From Camelus ferus (taxonomy: Eukaryota): a stretch of 64,000 bases of DNA. Positions 1 through 12,894 of this stretch are shown here, in pieces. Location of the stretch: assembly GCF_009834535.1 (NCBI RefSeq), contig NC_045697.1:35280001-35344000 (forward strand), written 5' to 3'. The notes below the pieces were generated by a model that was given only the letters and a program-made list of their open reading frames with translations, was not told where the DNA came from and ran no database searches. The translations under genes and the position numbers were made by a program. Position 1 is the first letter of the stretch, and each line of letters begins with the position of its first letter.

Positions 1-429
1 GTAGTTTAAAAATAGTCCTAGTAATCAGCAGTGTTCAATGTGACAGCCTTCAACAGGGTCAGGTGCCTTGTTGAGAGACTCAGCAGTGCCTGTGCACTCT
101 CTGGTTAGATGCAGTCTGGTTAGACGGAGTCAGAGAGAAAGAAGAGAGCAAGGAAGGAAGAACAGAGGGGAACACTGGAAAACGCTGAGGCAGGGAGAGG
201 TCATGTGGGAGATGCAGGGAGGCGGCCAGTCCCCACGATCTATTGCACACGTTAGACAGGGCGCCCTTCCTGATGCAGCCTCTCGTCAGGACAAGCGGCT
301 TGATGGACAGAGCTTGGGTGGATTCAGCCCCGCTCACCTCCTCCCGGGAGCACCCTTGTGCAGGGAACAATCTAACCATAACAGGGACTCTGGTACAGAG
401 TCTTGTACTCCTTTCCTGTGGCTGCACTC

Positions 430-1035
430 CTTTCCTGTGGCTGTTCTAACAAATTACCACAATGGTTTACAACAACACAAATCCAACACATTACATTACA
501 GTTCTGGAGGCCAGAAGCTCAAAATGGGTCTCACTGGGTGCTCTAGTCCATTTGAGCTGCTGTAACATGTAGGGCCTCTTCTATAAGAGCACTAACCCCA
601 TTCATGTGGGCTCCACCCTCAAGTCCTGATCACCTCCAAAGGCCCCACCTCCTAATACCATCACCCGGGGCTTTAGAATTCCAATACGTGAATCTGGAGG
701 GACACAAACATTCAGACCATAGCACAGGGCTAAATCAAGGTGTCGACAGATCTGCCTGGAGGCTCTAGGGTTTCTTGCCTTTCCAGCTTCTAGAAGCCAC
801 TCATTCCTTGACTTGTGACCCCTTCCTCCATCTTCAGAGTCAGTAAGGTTGAGCTGAGTCTTTCTCATTTTGCCATCTCTCTGGTTCTGTCTTCTGATCC
901 ACTCTCATTGTTAAGGACCCTTTTGATTATATTGAGCCCATCTGGATAATCCTATTTTAAGGTCAGCTGATTAGCAACCTTAATTCCATTTGCAAATTTA
1001 ATTTCCCTTTGCTACATAACCTAACATAATCGCCC
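430..1035. mobile_element. MLT1-type (ERVL-MaLR) LTR with a nested second MLT1 fragment (~540-725)
   Basis: Typical MLT text (acagttctggaggccagaag, ctaaatcaaggtgtc, ggataatc...atttta aggtcagctgattagcaacc). Confidence 0.75.
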
Positions 1036-1208
1036 ATTCTGCAGAACAGGAGGAGGGGGAGAGGGGGATGTAGGCTAGAAGAAGGCAAAAGCCTGCATGA
1101 ATAAATCCTTCACCAAAAAAATAAACGCCAAGAACCAAAGATTGCCAGGAGGGCCAGTGAAAACTAGATTCTCTTAAGTTAAATTATGTAACAAATACTG
1201 AATTTTAC

Positions 1209-1262
1209 CTTGGTGGACCAGTCCTTGGGTGACAAGCATGCTTACGAGAGAAAAAGGCAGAG
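1209..1262 (-). CDS. OCIAD2: OCIAD2 exon 4 (54 nt; (A)LPFSLVSMLVTQGLVHQ(G))
   Basis: Minus strand ttttacag|CTCTGCCT...CACCAAG|gtaaaa. Phase 1/1, continuous with exon 3. Peptide matches recalled OCIAD2 (ALPFSLVSMLVTQGLVYQG). Confidence 0.96.
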
Positions 1263-2010
1263 CTGTAAAACAAAAACGCCCTTCAATATTGCTGTTTTAA
1301 AACTTGGCACCTCACCTAGAAGTCAGGGAGAATGACTCTGAGTGTTTTCTCAGCCTACCTTGGCAGTGGGAGTTTAGTCATTTGTTACTATTCAACAAAT
1401 ATTTGTTGAGCACAGCATGGAGAATTTTCCTGGGGTCTGCCCCAGGCACTCAGCCTGACATAGCAGTAATGTGACAAAACCTAAACCCCACGCAACTGCA
1501 ACTCCATCTCCAACACCCATCACGCATCTGGTCCTGATCACTGCATACCCATGGGCCTCTTCATGTGTGTGGACTTTGCTGTTGAATTTGGGAGTTGCTG
1601 CTAGCTATATACTTTGAAATTTTCAATCCTACATAAAAGTTTTATTAAAAAGTACAATAAATTGCATACCCTATCTAGGATAATTCTCTGCTTTTGTCTT
1701 TTATGATGTTTTGTGACACAATTTGGGTAAGTCTATCTTCTGAAGATTACTACATTCACACGGGCAATGTTTAGCAATGACTTTTAAAAACAGGCAAGTT
1801 CCTCTGACAAAGGCACTTTCTAGTTCTGTCAAAATGCGTCAAACGACTTCTTCCCAAAGCAAAGAGCAGTGATAAACATCTAGCTCCTCTTGGCAACCAT
1901 GACAAATCAAATAGAATCAATTCCTCCTCTCAGATCTACCTGATGAGAGAGGCAAGTGGGTCACACTGAAATGTTAAACTACTAGGGCTTAATTAAATGA
2001 CTCACCCAGG

Positions 2011-2145
2011 TGGAGGGGATAGCTCAAGTGATAGAGTGCATGCTTAGCATGCTTGAGGTCCTGGGTTCAATCCCCAGTACCTCCATTAAAAAAGTAATTA
2101 AACAAATAAATCTAATGACCTCCCCCCATCAAAAAAAAAAAAAAC
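2011..2145 (+). mobile_element. tRNA-derived SINE (camelid Vic-1-like)
   Basis: ggagggg-atagctcaagtgatagagtgcatgcttagcatg...ggttcaatccccagtacctcc with A/B boxes and an A tail. Confidence 0.88.
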
Positions 2146-2973
2146 TAAATTACTTACTCATAGGTTGTCAAAAAAGACTTCCCAGCAGCACGATCTATAA
2201 CCAGTAGTACATAGTGCATATCAACTTCTAAAATGTGTTACTTCCAAAAACAATTGATACTGGATTTGAATGATTTACAAAATCAAAGCGAGTACTTCAA
2301 AGTATAAATTATGTCTATGCCAGCACTATTGCAAAGTACTGGGACTGTATCTACAGGCCCTATTATGACATTTTCAAATGCCAAATCATGAATTTTTTTA
2401 ATTGGAAGAGACCTTAATGCAATGCCTGAATTCACACCCTTCTCTTATACAAAGCAGGCCCCGAAAGAGGAAAAGATTCAGCAGAAAAGATTATTTTAAG
2501 ACACTGTAAGAGAAATATTAATAGAATGCTGCCACTTTTCATTCATTCCACAAATATTTGAGAAGGTCTTTTTATATGTAAAGCACTGTGCTTGGCTCTG
2601 AGAGGGAGCGATGAACTTGACATCATTTCTAAACTTGATGAAGGTTAGAGCCTAGTGGAATTCAGGAAGCTCTACTTTTTAAGAAATTCTAAATAACACT
2701 CATGGTACACATTCTTGGTCACACGAAGGGAAGTGTCACGTGTGCATCACTTTTTGGTAAGGGATGTAAACTGCTCCTAAATCAGATATTATCCCTGCCC
2801 TTAAAAGGGTCTCAGCATGGATTCAAATTCCAAACAGCCTCAGATAGGAATCTTCTTCAAGGAATTTGCAAAGTCCCTGTACAAAAACATATCATTTCCA
2901 TAATTCTAATATGATACGTAGGCAGTTTATTGCAGCAAATAGTGTTAACAAAGATTAAGAGGGGTACAATTAC

Positions 2974-3070
2974 CTCTCTTCCAGAAACTTTCTTCTTGAC
3001 ATTCCCGGATAATCTTTGAAATCTCTGCTCTGTGGATGTGCAGTTTTGATTTTGGACAAAACAACAGACT
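2974..3070 (-). CDS. OCIAD2: OCIAD2 exon 3 (97 nt; SLLFCPKSKLHIHRAEISKIIRECQEESFWKR)
   Basis: Minus strand ttccttgcag|AGTCTG...AAGAGAG|gtaatt. Near-identical to the recalled OCIA-domain segment of OCIAD2. Confidence 0.97.
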
Positions 3071-4559
3071 CTGCAAGGAAAGTTACATGGTAAGTTGACA
3101 GAAATCATGAGAAAAGCATCCGCTCTGTTTTCTCTGGAGGGTGAGGAGGTCTCCACTCTGGTCACACAGCATGCATTCTGTCCTGGCTGCCAGCCCAGAG
3201 CGATGGCCAGCTTCAGCCGGTGCCGGCCAGCTTCAGCCGGTGCCTGCCAGCTGCAAATGCTGGATGGACTTAAGCAAGAAAAGAACCTCAGTTGGAGAGG
3301 CAAAGAGTGATTCACTGACCAGTGAGCATGGAGCAGGTATCTGGTTGGAATGCATTACTGCTGGGGCCACATTTTCTTTCTTACCTCCAGCCTTTCTTTC
3401 TTACCCTGCAATACCACTCACTCCTTTTGCCTCCTGGTCTCCGTAAGACCCAGTTCAAGGTTACTTCCTGGGTGAAGAGACTTCCTTTAGAGCATAATAT
3501 TTACACACCTGGGAATCACACTCAGAGCAGTGTATTACAAGTTATCTATATCTGAATTCCAATTTACCTAGTTACACTTTACGTGCATTTTTAGACTATG
3601 TGCAACCATAGTCTAAAAAGCAGCAACAGACTGCTTTTTATTTTTCTACATAGCTTACTTTCTATCTTAACAGTATTTTTTTACACATTTATAAATGGTC
3701 TGCACATAATTTCTGGTGGAACTATTGACATGGTTGACATGATTATTTTCACTAGTTCTAGAGTATTTTTTTTTAATAAGTTGATATGCTATAATCTGGA
3801 CTCTCATCTTTTATGATCCCTCCCTGTTGGTAGGTATGTGTGTACTATTCATTTACTCTTACCCACCTTCTCCATTCTCATCCTCTGCCCATCACTGCTA
3901 TTCTGGGTGTTTAATGTAGCTCTTTTGCTTGTATGTATGCTTGCAAAATGTTCATTGTTTTGGGAGCATGCATTTCTTACTGCAAATGGCATTGTTTTAT
4001 ATATTTAGTTTTATTTTTAAAGATGTTTTCAACTCAGCTCTATGCTTTTAAGATCCATCTTCATTATGATATCTATCGAGTCCACTGTTTCTAACTGCTG
4101 CATGATTCTCCAGGATGCTTCCAAGTCCCCACTGCCAAATACCCCCCTTATAGACCCACATGAGAACATCTTTCAGATATATTTTGAGAAGTAAAATATA
4201 GGGATGCATATTCCCAATGTGACAAAGTCTTGCTAGAGTGCGCTCCCCAAGGGCCGCACCAGTATCCACTCCCAGAGGCAGGGTACTAACGTCCCTCTCT
4301 ATGCCTACAGACCCTGCATGGGAGCTAGCTAAGCTGGATTCCAAGCAGGTTAGAGTAAAAGAACGGTTTTATCACTCTTGGCATTGTCCGGTTTTCTAAA
4401 ATTTAACAGTCTAATAGGTAGAAAGTAGTATCTTATTATCTGACAACTAATGTGTTTGAGCATCTCTGCATATTCTCCAGCCAGACTGTCCTTCTCCAGT
4501 GTTAAGGCAATCCCTGTAACTGGGTCTGGGGTATAACAATTTGTTATTCAGTAGTTCAT

Positions 4560-5660
4560 TAATTTTGTAATGTGGTAAAATACACGTAATATTTACCATT
4601 TTAAAGTATACCATTCATGGCATTAAGTACATCCACCATGTTGTGCAGCCATCACCCCCATCTAGGTCCAGAACTTTTTCATCACCCCAAAAGGAAATTC
4701 CATACTCATTAAGGAGTCTCTCCCCACTCCCCCCTCCCTCCAACCCCCTGGAAACTACCAATCTGTTTTCTGTCTGTATGGATTTGCCTCTTCTGGATAT
4801 TTTATATAAACAATATCCACAACGTGTAAACTTCTGTGGCTGGCTTCTCTTCCTTTGCATAATGTTTCCAAGGTTCATCCACGTTGTAGCATGTATCCAT
4901 CTTTTCATGGCTCAATAATATATAAATATAACTCATTTTGTTTATCCATTCATCCATTGATGGACATCTGGGTTGTTTCCACCTTTTGGCTATTGTGAAT
5001 AATGCTGCTATAAACATTCTTGTACAGGTTTTTGTTTGAACACTTGTAATCAGTTCTGCTGGGCCATACGGTAACTCTGTTTAACTTACTGAGGAATTAC
5101 CAAACTTTTTCCATAGTAGCTGCACCATTTTACAATCCCATCAACAATGTATGAGGTTTCCAATTTTTCCATATCCTTGTCAATGTTTATTTTCTGTTTT
5201 GCTTATTTTTTTTCATATTAGCACATTAATTTTTTTTAATGAGGTACTGGGGGTTGAACCCAGGACCTCATGCATGCTAAGCATGCACTCTGCCACTGAG
5301 CTATACCCTCCCTCCAGCACATTAAATTTTTTAATATAAATTATTTAATTTAAACTAAATTAACTACATTGTTTGTTTTTCACTATGGCCATGCTAGTGG
5401 GTATGAAATGGTATTTCACTGTGGTTTTGCTTTGCACTTCCCTACTGATTAATAACATTCAGCACCTTTTCATTTGCTTATTGACCATTTATACATCTTC
5501 TTTGGAGAAATTGCTATTAAGCCCTTTGCCCATTTTTAAATTGCGTTATCATTTTGCTGTTGAGATCTAAGAGCTCTTTATATATTCTGGATACTAGACC
5601 CTTATCAGATATATGATTTGTAAATAATTTTTCCCATTCTGTGGATGATTCATTCACTTA
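4560..5660 (-). mobile_element. L1 (L1M-type) 3' end, interrupted by a SINE at ~5230-5315
   Basis: Translates to L1 ORF2 C-terminal text (MFIAALFTIAKRWKQP) plus L1 3'UTR motifs. Confidence 0.85.
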
Positions 5661-7043
5661 AAAATTTTTTTTGTTATTTAACTTTTCCTTACTCTAAAAG
5701 TCACACTTGTATTTCCTTGTCTGTGAATTTCTTATGTAGGTCCTCTGCCACTTATCTCTGGGAGTCTTTGTGTTTTTCCTGTTGAGGTGCAACTCTTTGG
5801 CTTTTGAAATTCACCTTGAAGATTTTGCTAATGTTGTTTTTGGACTCCTTGTTTGCAGGGGATGTCAGTGTGGATAGTGGTCACCATTTCTTGAGCACCT
5901 TCCTGTGGGCCAGGCACGGTGCCAAGCACTTTACATGTGTGATGACAAGGTGGAAGGACTCTGTGGTGTCTGTGCCTTCAGAGCTCCCCAAATGACCCAA
6001 GCAGGCAGCCTCCCTCTTCTTTCTGTACAGCTCCCCACAGCACAATACATGGAGGTGGTGGTCAGGGTGAGTCACAGCGACCAGAGAAGGAGCTATTCTT
6101 ACGCTCCAGTTACGTTAATTCCTCAGCAAGCACTCCTCCTTATCCCAGTGTAAATATCTCTTCTTGGTTCTGCTTGTGGCTGCAGCAGAAATAAGGAACA
6201 CCTCCCTCCCTCCCCTCCAGCAAACACACACACATATATACACATCCCAGGTCAGGGACCCCGACCATTACCACTGCTATGAGTCCTGCAGTCAAGACTA
6301 AAGCTCCCACCAGAGTGTTCCTGGGGAGATCTGGCGAGCCTTTTCTGTAGAGCCATACATGTTTTATGGCTCTCTGTTTCTCAGAGGCAACTCAGGTGTC
6401 TAGACTCTTTTCCTTGTGATTTGATATCATTTGTCTGTTTGCCTAAACTTTGCTCCTTAAACATCATCTCCTCCATAACCCATTTTTAGCTTGAAAAGTC
6501 GACCCCAGAGAACACAAACTCTATTTACCCAGCACAATACTTTCTCTCTTCTTCAATTATGTGTCCCTGAAACGCATAATATTCATTCTTAACAAGTTAA
6601 AAAAGTGTGCCCCTGGTAACACTTGGGTTTTCAATCTGATGGCTAATTTAGTAGTTAAGGTCTCTGCTATCCTGAAAAGGAACACCTGTCAGCAGCACAC
6701 AGTATGATTAGCCTTGGTAACAAAAATGTAAAATACACGCATCGTGTTTCATTCTGTTAGATTCAAGCAAGAGTTTTGCTCTGCTAAAGGAAACCTCTTC
6801 AGTCACTGACAGACTGTATAAGAGTTAGTTAAGCTGGATTCTAAACAGGGAAGAGTAAAGAAAGGATATTGTAAATAAAAATGTAAAAGGCTCCTTTGCA
6901 AGCTGGCCAAAAACACACTTTCTTTCCCTTTTCCCTGAACCCATCTAACAACGTGCTAGAATGGAAAAAGTTAAGATGACTGGTCAAGGATGAGGCTTAA
7001 GGAAAGTTTTGTATGACGGCAGACTTTCAAATTAATAATATAC

Positions 7044-7109
7044 CTGCTTGCTTGGTGGTGGCAAATGGGGACCTTTGTCTTCGTTTCCATGAGTAGACAC
7101 TGAAGCCAT
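7044..7109 (-). CDS. OCIAD2: OCIAD2 exon 2 coding part (MASVSTHGNEDKGPHLPPPSKQ); the exon with its 5'UTR spans 7044-7163
   Basis: ATG at 7109-7107 in good Kozak context (ATCATGG). Donor CAG|gtatat, acceptor cccttag|ACATC at 7163. Matches the OCIAD2 N-terminus. Confidence 0.96.
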
Positions 7110-7479
7110 GATGACTGCTTCTTTTCTAGTTGAGTGGACTCAGCTTCCTTGTTGACCCGATGTCTAAGGGAAGTGAAAGAGAGGTCACCATGCCATGACT
7201 GAGTGTTTATGTCAAACATAAAAACACCTTTAGGATCAACTCACCTATTTGGAAAACTTATTTTCATTTTGTCCTTAGTCTTATCTCCAACCACCTGCAA
7301 ATCCACTTTCTAATGCTCCTCCCCCACAAACACACACACACACATTAACTCCATTAACTCACTAATGGTGACACATCATATGTAGAGTGGGGTGAAATAC
7401 TGCACTAGGCACAGTGAAATGTTTTACGACCTATAAATTGTGTCCTAAAAAAAGTTTCAATTCATTACGAGGTCATTAA

Positions 7480-8170
7480 CTACACAAATATTTACTGAGT
7501 GTCTATTATGTGCCAGGCCAAGGGATACAACGAAGTTAAAGACAAAATCAGTGCCAAAGGAACTTGCAATCTAAAGGAGAAGACAGACAAGTCAGCGGTT
7601 ACCCAGCATGCAGAGGGCTTCCCTGGAGGCACGAACAGGGCACTGAGAAAGAAAAGCCTGTTTCTCTCTGGTCCCATCTGAAGACTGAGACTCTGAGTTT
7701 TCAAGAGGGTCTGTGGAGGCGGATGGACTCCAGGGGCAGGAAGGCCAGTTAGGAAGGTGCTGTAATAGTTCAGGCAAGGAAGTGAAGAGTCCTGGACCAA
7801 GACACTCGTGGGAAGGCCAGAGATGATAAATTTGAGTCTGGAAATGCTGTATTTGGGTGCCTGCGGGGGTGTACATTGGAAATAGCCAAGAGGGATTAGA
7901 ATATTTGAGGATTTGAGTCTGGAGTTACAGATTAGGAGTAGGCTGGAAAGATGAATTTGGGAGATGCTTCCATTGAGATGATACGTAAAGTAGGAAACAT
8001 GAATAAAATGTCCAAAAAGAGTACCGGAGAATGTGAACATTGAGGCTAAGGGAATACCAACAAGAGAAGAGAAAAATAACAAATGAAGGAAATCACTGAG
8101 AAGAATAGCTGATCCAACGGGGAGGCAGTTTCTGAAGGAGGGAATGAACCATCGGTGTCACACGGCTCAG
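7480..8170. mobile_element. L2 fragment
   Basis: atatttactgagtgtctattatgtgccagg and degenerate L2 body text. Confidence 0.6.
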
Positions 8171-8581
8171 AAAAGAGATTTGGCAATGATGGATATAGTC
8201 CAGGTGGACCATGAACCCTACAACCCCTACCCTACTGGGCAATGGCCACTGCACTCTGCAGCCCTGGACTCCATGACAACCACAGATTTCCCTGCAAAAT
8301 GAATATCTTATACACAACTCTGTATCCTACTAAGCTGCCAGGAATATGAGCCAAGAGAACATGTAGCTGTAACAAGTTTCTCTCTATGTGCCTAATGTTA
8401 TTGTAGGGGCAGCAAGATGCCCTACGGTGGAATGTCCTGAATCAGAAAGACCTGAGTTCAGATCCAGATCCTGACTCTACTCCTTGCTAGCGCTGTGCTT
8501 TGGGGCAAGTGACTTAGTGTCTGTGCCTCAAGCTTTCTCACCTGCTAAGTGTGGATAATGGACCTTGAGGGGCTGTTGCAA

Positions 8582-8637
8582 GGATGAGGGATGAGGATGA
8601 GGGATGAGGGTGGGGGATGAGGGTTAGAGATGAGGGT
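8582..8637. repeat. (GGATGAG)-like short tandem repeat
   Basis: ggatgagggatgaggatgagggatgag... Confidence 0.8.
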
Positions 8638-9099
8638 AAGTCAACTGCTGCAGCTCAGCACCCAGCACAGTGTGTGAGCAGTAAAGAGCAGCTGTCAGAG
8701 CCCTAGGTGCCCTATTTCTTGAGGACCTCCAGAAAGTCTTTGCTGACCTAAGGCCAAATTAGATTATCTTGGCTTAGTTAGGCCATTGCCTCAAGTCAGG
8801 AAGTACAGATACCAAAACTCAGCTTTGGTGGTCAAGTCCCTTCACACGCAATTAGTCACGGGTCCACATCTAAGCAAGTCTCCTGAAGGTCTTGCCTTCC
8901 CGGAGCAGCTCCCACCACCAAGCCTGGCTCAGCCTGGTTTGGGGTCCCTCTGCTTCTTCAGTTGTTGGGGGTAGGGTGGTAGGAGCGCTGACAAGCAGGC
9001 AGTGAGTGGGAAGGAGGTGCTCAGCAGGATTGGTGGGGGGGGGGTGCGTGTGACGGACCGACAGCCACAGGAGTCACTGCACTTTCTCTTTCTAGTTGG

Positions 9100-9640
9100 G
9101 GTGAGAGGAGCCGGAATCCGCTTGCAGGAATCCGCCACCACCCTCCCCGTGCCCCGCTCCCCCCGCCCCGCCCGGCCGCCTCATGACCCTTGCCCGAGGC
9201 TCAGCCTCAGACCGGGCCAGCGCAGAGGGGTTGGAATTGGCGATTCTAGGCCAACTACTTCTGTTCCCGAGGACTTGGGAAGTAACGCGGACAAGGAGGC
9301 CCCCCTGTCTTGCCATCCTTCCCGCTGTCACCCCCTCTCCCGGGGGGGGAGTGCTCCCCATGGGGCTGAGGATCGCCTCGTAGGCCGCAACTCCGGCGCC
9401 CACCGAGCTCAGCTCGCCTCCCCGCGCAGCCGCGGCTGCAGCCCGGATGCTCCCCGCCTTCCCGGCGCCCGCCCCCTCCCCCGCCCGCGCCCCTCGCGCC
9501 CCTCGGAGCCCGTGGTCCCCTTACCGCGCTCGCTCGCTTCCCGCGCCCTCACCTCTCTTTCGCGAGCTTTCTTCCGCCTCTTTCCTCCTCTGGCTCCGCC
9601 CCCGCGGCGCTCTGCTCCTCGCTTACTCGGGTGAGTCACT
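9100..9640. promoter_or_regulatory. CpG island / OCIAD2 promoter with GC box (GGGGGCGGAG on the minus strand at 9594-9603)
   Basis: The only strongly CpG-dense, GC-rich segment in the window; surrounds the exon 1 donor. Confidence 0.9.
9525..9575 (-). other. OCIAD2: OCIAD2 non-coding exon 1 (5' end approximate)
   Basis: Minus-strand donor GCGCG|gtaagg at 9524 inside the CpG island, upstream of exon 2. TSS not directly visible. Confidence 0.75.
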
Positions 9641-9914
9641 CAACAAGTGCACCCCATCCCCCACCGTGCAGCCCCCTTCTCTGTTGGTGGCACCACACCC
9701 ACACTCAACTGCCCAGGCTGAAACCCGCTCTTGCTAGAATCTCCCACCCCGCTCCCAAGTCTTGTCCTGATACCTGGTGGATTCTACCTCCTCCGTGCCT
9801 TTCAAATAACTACTTTCCTCACAGTAAGAACAACCACCATTTACTGAACACCCTCCTAGGGCCAGGCGGCTACATCCACTTACCTGTAGTCTTTTCTTTT
9901 TCTTTTTCTTTTTT

Positions 9915-11150
9915 AGGTTATAATTGATATATAACATTATATTACTTTTAGGTGTACAACATAATGATTGGATATTTGTATACCTTGTGAAATGATCACC
10001 AGTATGTCTAATTAATAGCCAGTCACGATAGTTACCAAAAAAATTTTCCCCCTTGGGATGAGAACTTTTAAAAAATTTTATTTTTATTTTATTTTTTAAA
10101 ATTGAAGTATAGTTGATTTCCGATGTTGTGTTAATTTCTGGTGTAAAGCATGATGATTCAGTTATACGTACATATATATTCTCTTTCATTGTAAGTTATT
10201 ACAAGATACTAAGTTGGGGAGGGTATAGCTTAAGTGGTAGAGTGAATGCTTAGCATGCAGGAGAGCCTGGATTCAATCTCCAGTACTCCAGTACCTCCAC
10301 TGAAAAACTAAATAAATAAACCTAATTACCTCCCCCCGTGCAAAAGTATATATATATATATATATTGAATGTAGTTCCTTGTGCTGTACAATAGGACCTT
10401 GTTGTTTATCTATTTTATATACAGTAGTTTGTATCTGCAAATCCAAAACTCCTCATTCATCCCTCCCCATCTTTCCCCTTTGGTAACCATAAGTTTATTT
10501 TCTATGTCTGTGAGTCTGTTTCTGTTTTGTAAATAAGTTCATTTGTATCACTTTTTAGGTTCCACATATAAGTGGATATTTATCTTTTTCTGTTTGACTT
10601 ACTTCACTTAGTATGATAATCTCCAGGTTCATCTATGTTGCTGCAAATGGCATTATTTTGTTCTTTTTATGGCTGAATAGTATTCCATTATATATATACC
10701 ATATCTTCTTTATCCAGTCATCTGCCAATGGATATACAGGTTGCCATGCCTTGGCTATTGTAAATAGAGCTGCTATGAACATTGGAGTGCATGTGTATTT
10801 TTGAATTAGAATTTCCTCAGGGTACATGCCCAGGAGTGGATTTACTGATTCATATGGTAAATCTATTTTTAGTTTTAGTTTAGTTTAGTTTTGTTTTATT
10901 TTATTTTATGGAACCTCCATATTGTTCTCCATAATGACTGCACCAAACTGCATTCGCATCAGCAGTGTAGGAGGGGTCCCTTTTCTCCACACCCAGATGA
11001 GAACTTTAAGAACCACTCTCTTGGCAACCTTCAAATATGAAATATACTATTGTTAACTCTAGTCATTATGCTGTACATTATATTCCCATGACTTACTCAT
11101 TTTATAACTGGAATTTTGCAGCTTTGACCCCCTTTACCCATTTCACCCAC
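9915..11150 (-). mobile_element. Nested L1 3' ends containing a plus-strand SINE (~10215-10340)
   Basis: L1 ORF2 end (YTCTPMFIAALFTIAK). The duplicated gatgagaacttt-a at ~10058 and ~10996 flanks the inner L1. Confidence 0.85.
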
Positions 11151-12894
11151 CCGCATGCAATCCTATCTACTCCCCTTTAGGGTGAGTACTGTGAACTAGG
11201 CAATTGAGTTGTGCAAGGCATACTGGGAGCTGGAGTCAAAGCCAGGGCCGCATGGCCCCCAAGCGTTCTCTTTCCATTGTTCTTTGTCCATGTTCTTTCC
11301 TCTCTGCCGCTCCCAACCTCTGTCAGTAGGGGGAGCTGCTGGGTGCCTTTACTACCTATATGACACCTCCCAACCTAAGCTGTGATTCCTCCCTGGGACA
11401 TGTCACTGGGACTCATGGAGTATGTTGAGTTGGAAGAGAGGTTGGGGATCACGTGGAAGACCCACATCATTTCTCACCTTTTCTTGTTGTCCTAATTGGT
11501 CTCTGTGTCTCTGGCCTCATCCCCCTCGCCAGCCCCTCTGCCATCCACCTGGCCTCCTTTCTGTTCCTCCTGTTCACCCAGCTCTTCTCATCTGAGGCCT
11601 GGGTGAGCTTCCTTCTGCTGGACTCCTCTCCCCATCAGTCTTGTCTTGGCATTTCCCTACTCAGCCTTCTCTGACTCTTCCTTGGGAAGACCTGCCTCAA
11701 CCCCCACCCAGCCTAAAGTGGGTCTCCCTTCTCTTTGACAGCACGTATCATGAGTTATTATATACTTACTGGTGTGTTTATTCCTTTCAAGCCTGTGTCC
11801 CCTGCCCCACTGTCATCTTCATGAGGTACAGAACAGGATGGTCTGTGTTTTGCCCACCATTGGATACTTGGCATGTCATATTTGGTGGGACCCAATAAAG
11901 AAGGAATGAGTATATGCTGAATGAGTAAATGAATCAATGAGCCTGGGTTCAAAGGCTGCCTGTGAGGATGCTGTTGTTTTAGAGAATTGGTGTTTGCCCA
12001 GAGATCCGCCAGATCTCTGTCCCCCAGTTCCTCCATGTGATTCACTGCTTTCTTTTCACCCCTCCCCCCGCCAAATGAAAGGGGATGCAGTTCTATTGCT
12101 AATTTTACTTTGTGTTATCAGAAGTCAGAACTAACCCCCTGCCATCTCGTGGTCTGAAAGGAATAGGTTTCTAATTGGTTCTGTGACAAAAACGAACAGC
12201 CCTTTGTTACACCGAAGTTTAACTTCCAACAAATATGCTAAGGGTATTTGTCCTGTTAACATCTTGCTACAATTAAGTCTTTGTCCCCACCCTCATTTCT
12301 ACTTTTCACCAGAATGTTCCTGTTAATTGTCTTAAATAACTAGAAATTACCAATATGCCATGCACACAGATTATATGAATTCATCACTTGGTACTGGTTG
12401 GGCAAATCTGAGGTGCCCATGAATGGTTCTGGGCATTTTCAGAGATAAAAAAGATAAGACATGAGTCCCTCCCACAAAGGATTTATCACTTCTCAAAAGA
12501 ATTAGGATACGATGAAATATGGTTGGCCCTAGAAGCAGACGTCACTGGAAAGAGCCTTTCTTAGGCGGTGCATCAGCAGCCCCCGGGGCCTCAGGCTCAT
12601 GATCACAAAGTTGATTATCGCTGTTATGAAAAATGTGGCTGATTTAGAGAGCGCCAAAACGCTCATAGCAGGCTCCAGCTTGAACAATTTCCTTAGCCCT
12701 GCACTGTCCTCAGGCACAATCCCAGTTCATTAGCAGGGCCCTGCATGATTCAGCTCCTGCCTGTCTCTCCAGCACATCCATCTCAGGCCCTCCTGGGCCC
12801 TGCAAGAGACTGGTGTAATTCCTCTCATGCTCTTGCGTGTGCTGGAGTTTCAGCTTCCTCTTCTTCTCCACCCCTCTCTCACTCATTCTTTTCT

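Noticed and set aside
1..1200. OCIAD2 exon 5 (YLAAN..FGSLPKVAL)
   Set aside because: Not found in the window; it must lie further left.
2011..2085. tRNA-like sequences (also ~10215, 56316 and others)
   Set aside because: These are heads of tRNA-derived SINEs with A tails and TSDs, not tRNA genes.
2857..3315. 152-aa minus-strand ORF
   Set aside because: Overlaps OCIAD2 exon 3 in the wrong frame; the true exon is 2974-3070.
9002..9634. 210-aa Pro/Arg-rich ORF
   Set aside because: Stop-poor by-product of the CpG island; GTG start; antisense to OCIAD2 exon 1; no recognisable protein.
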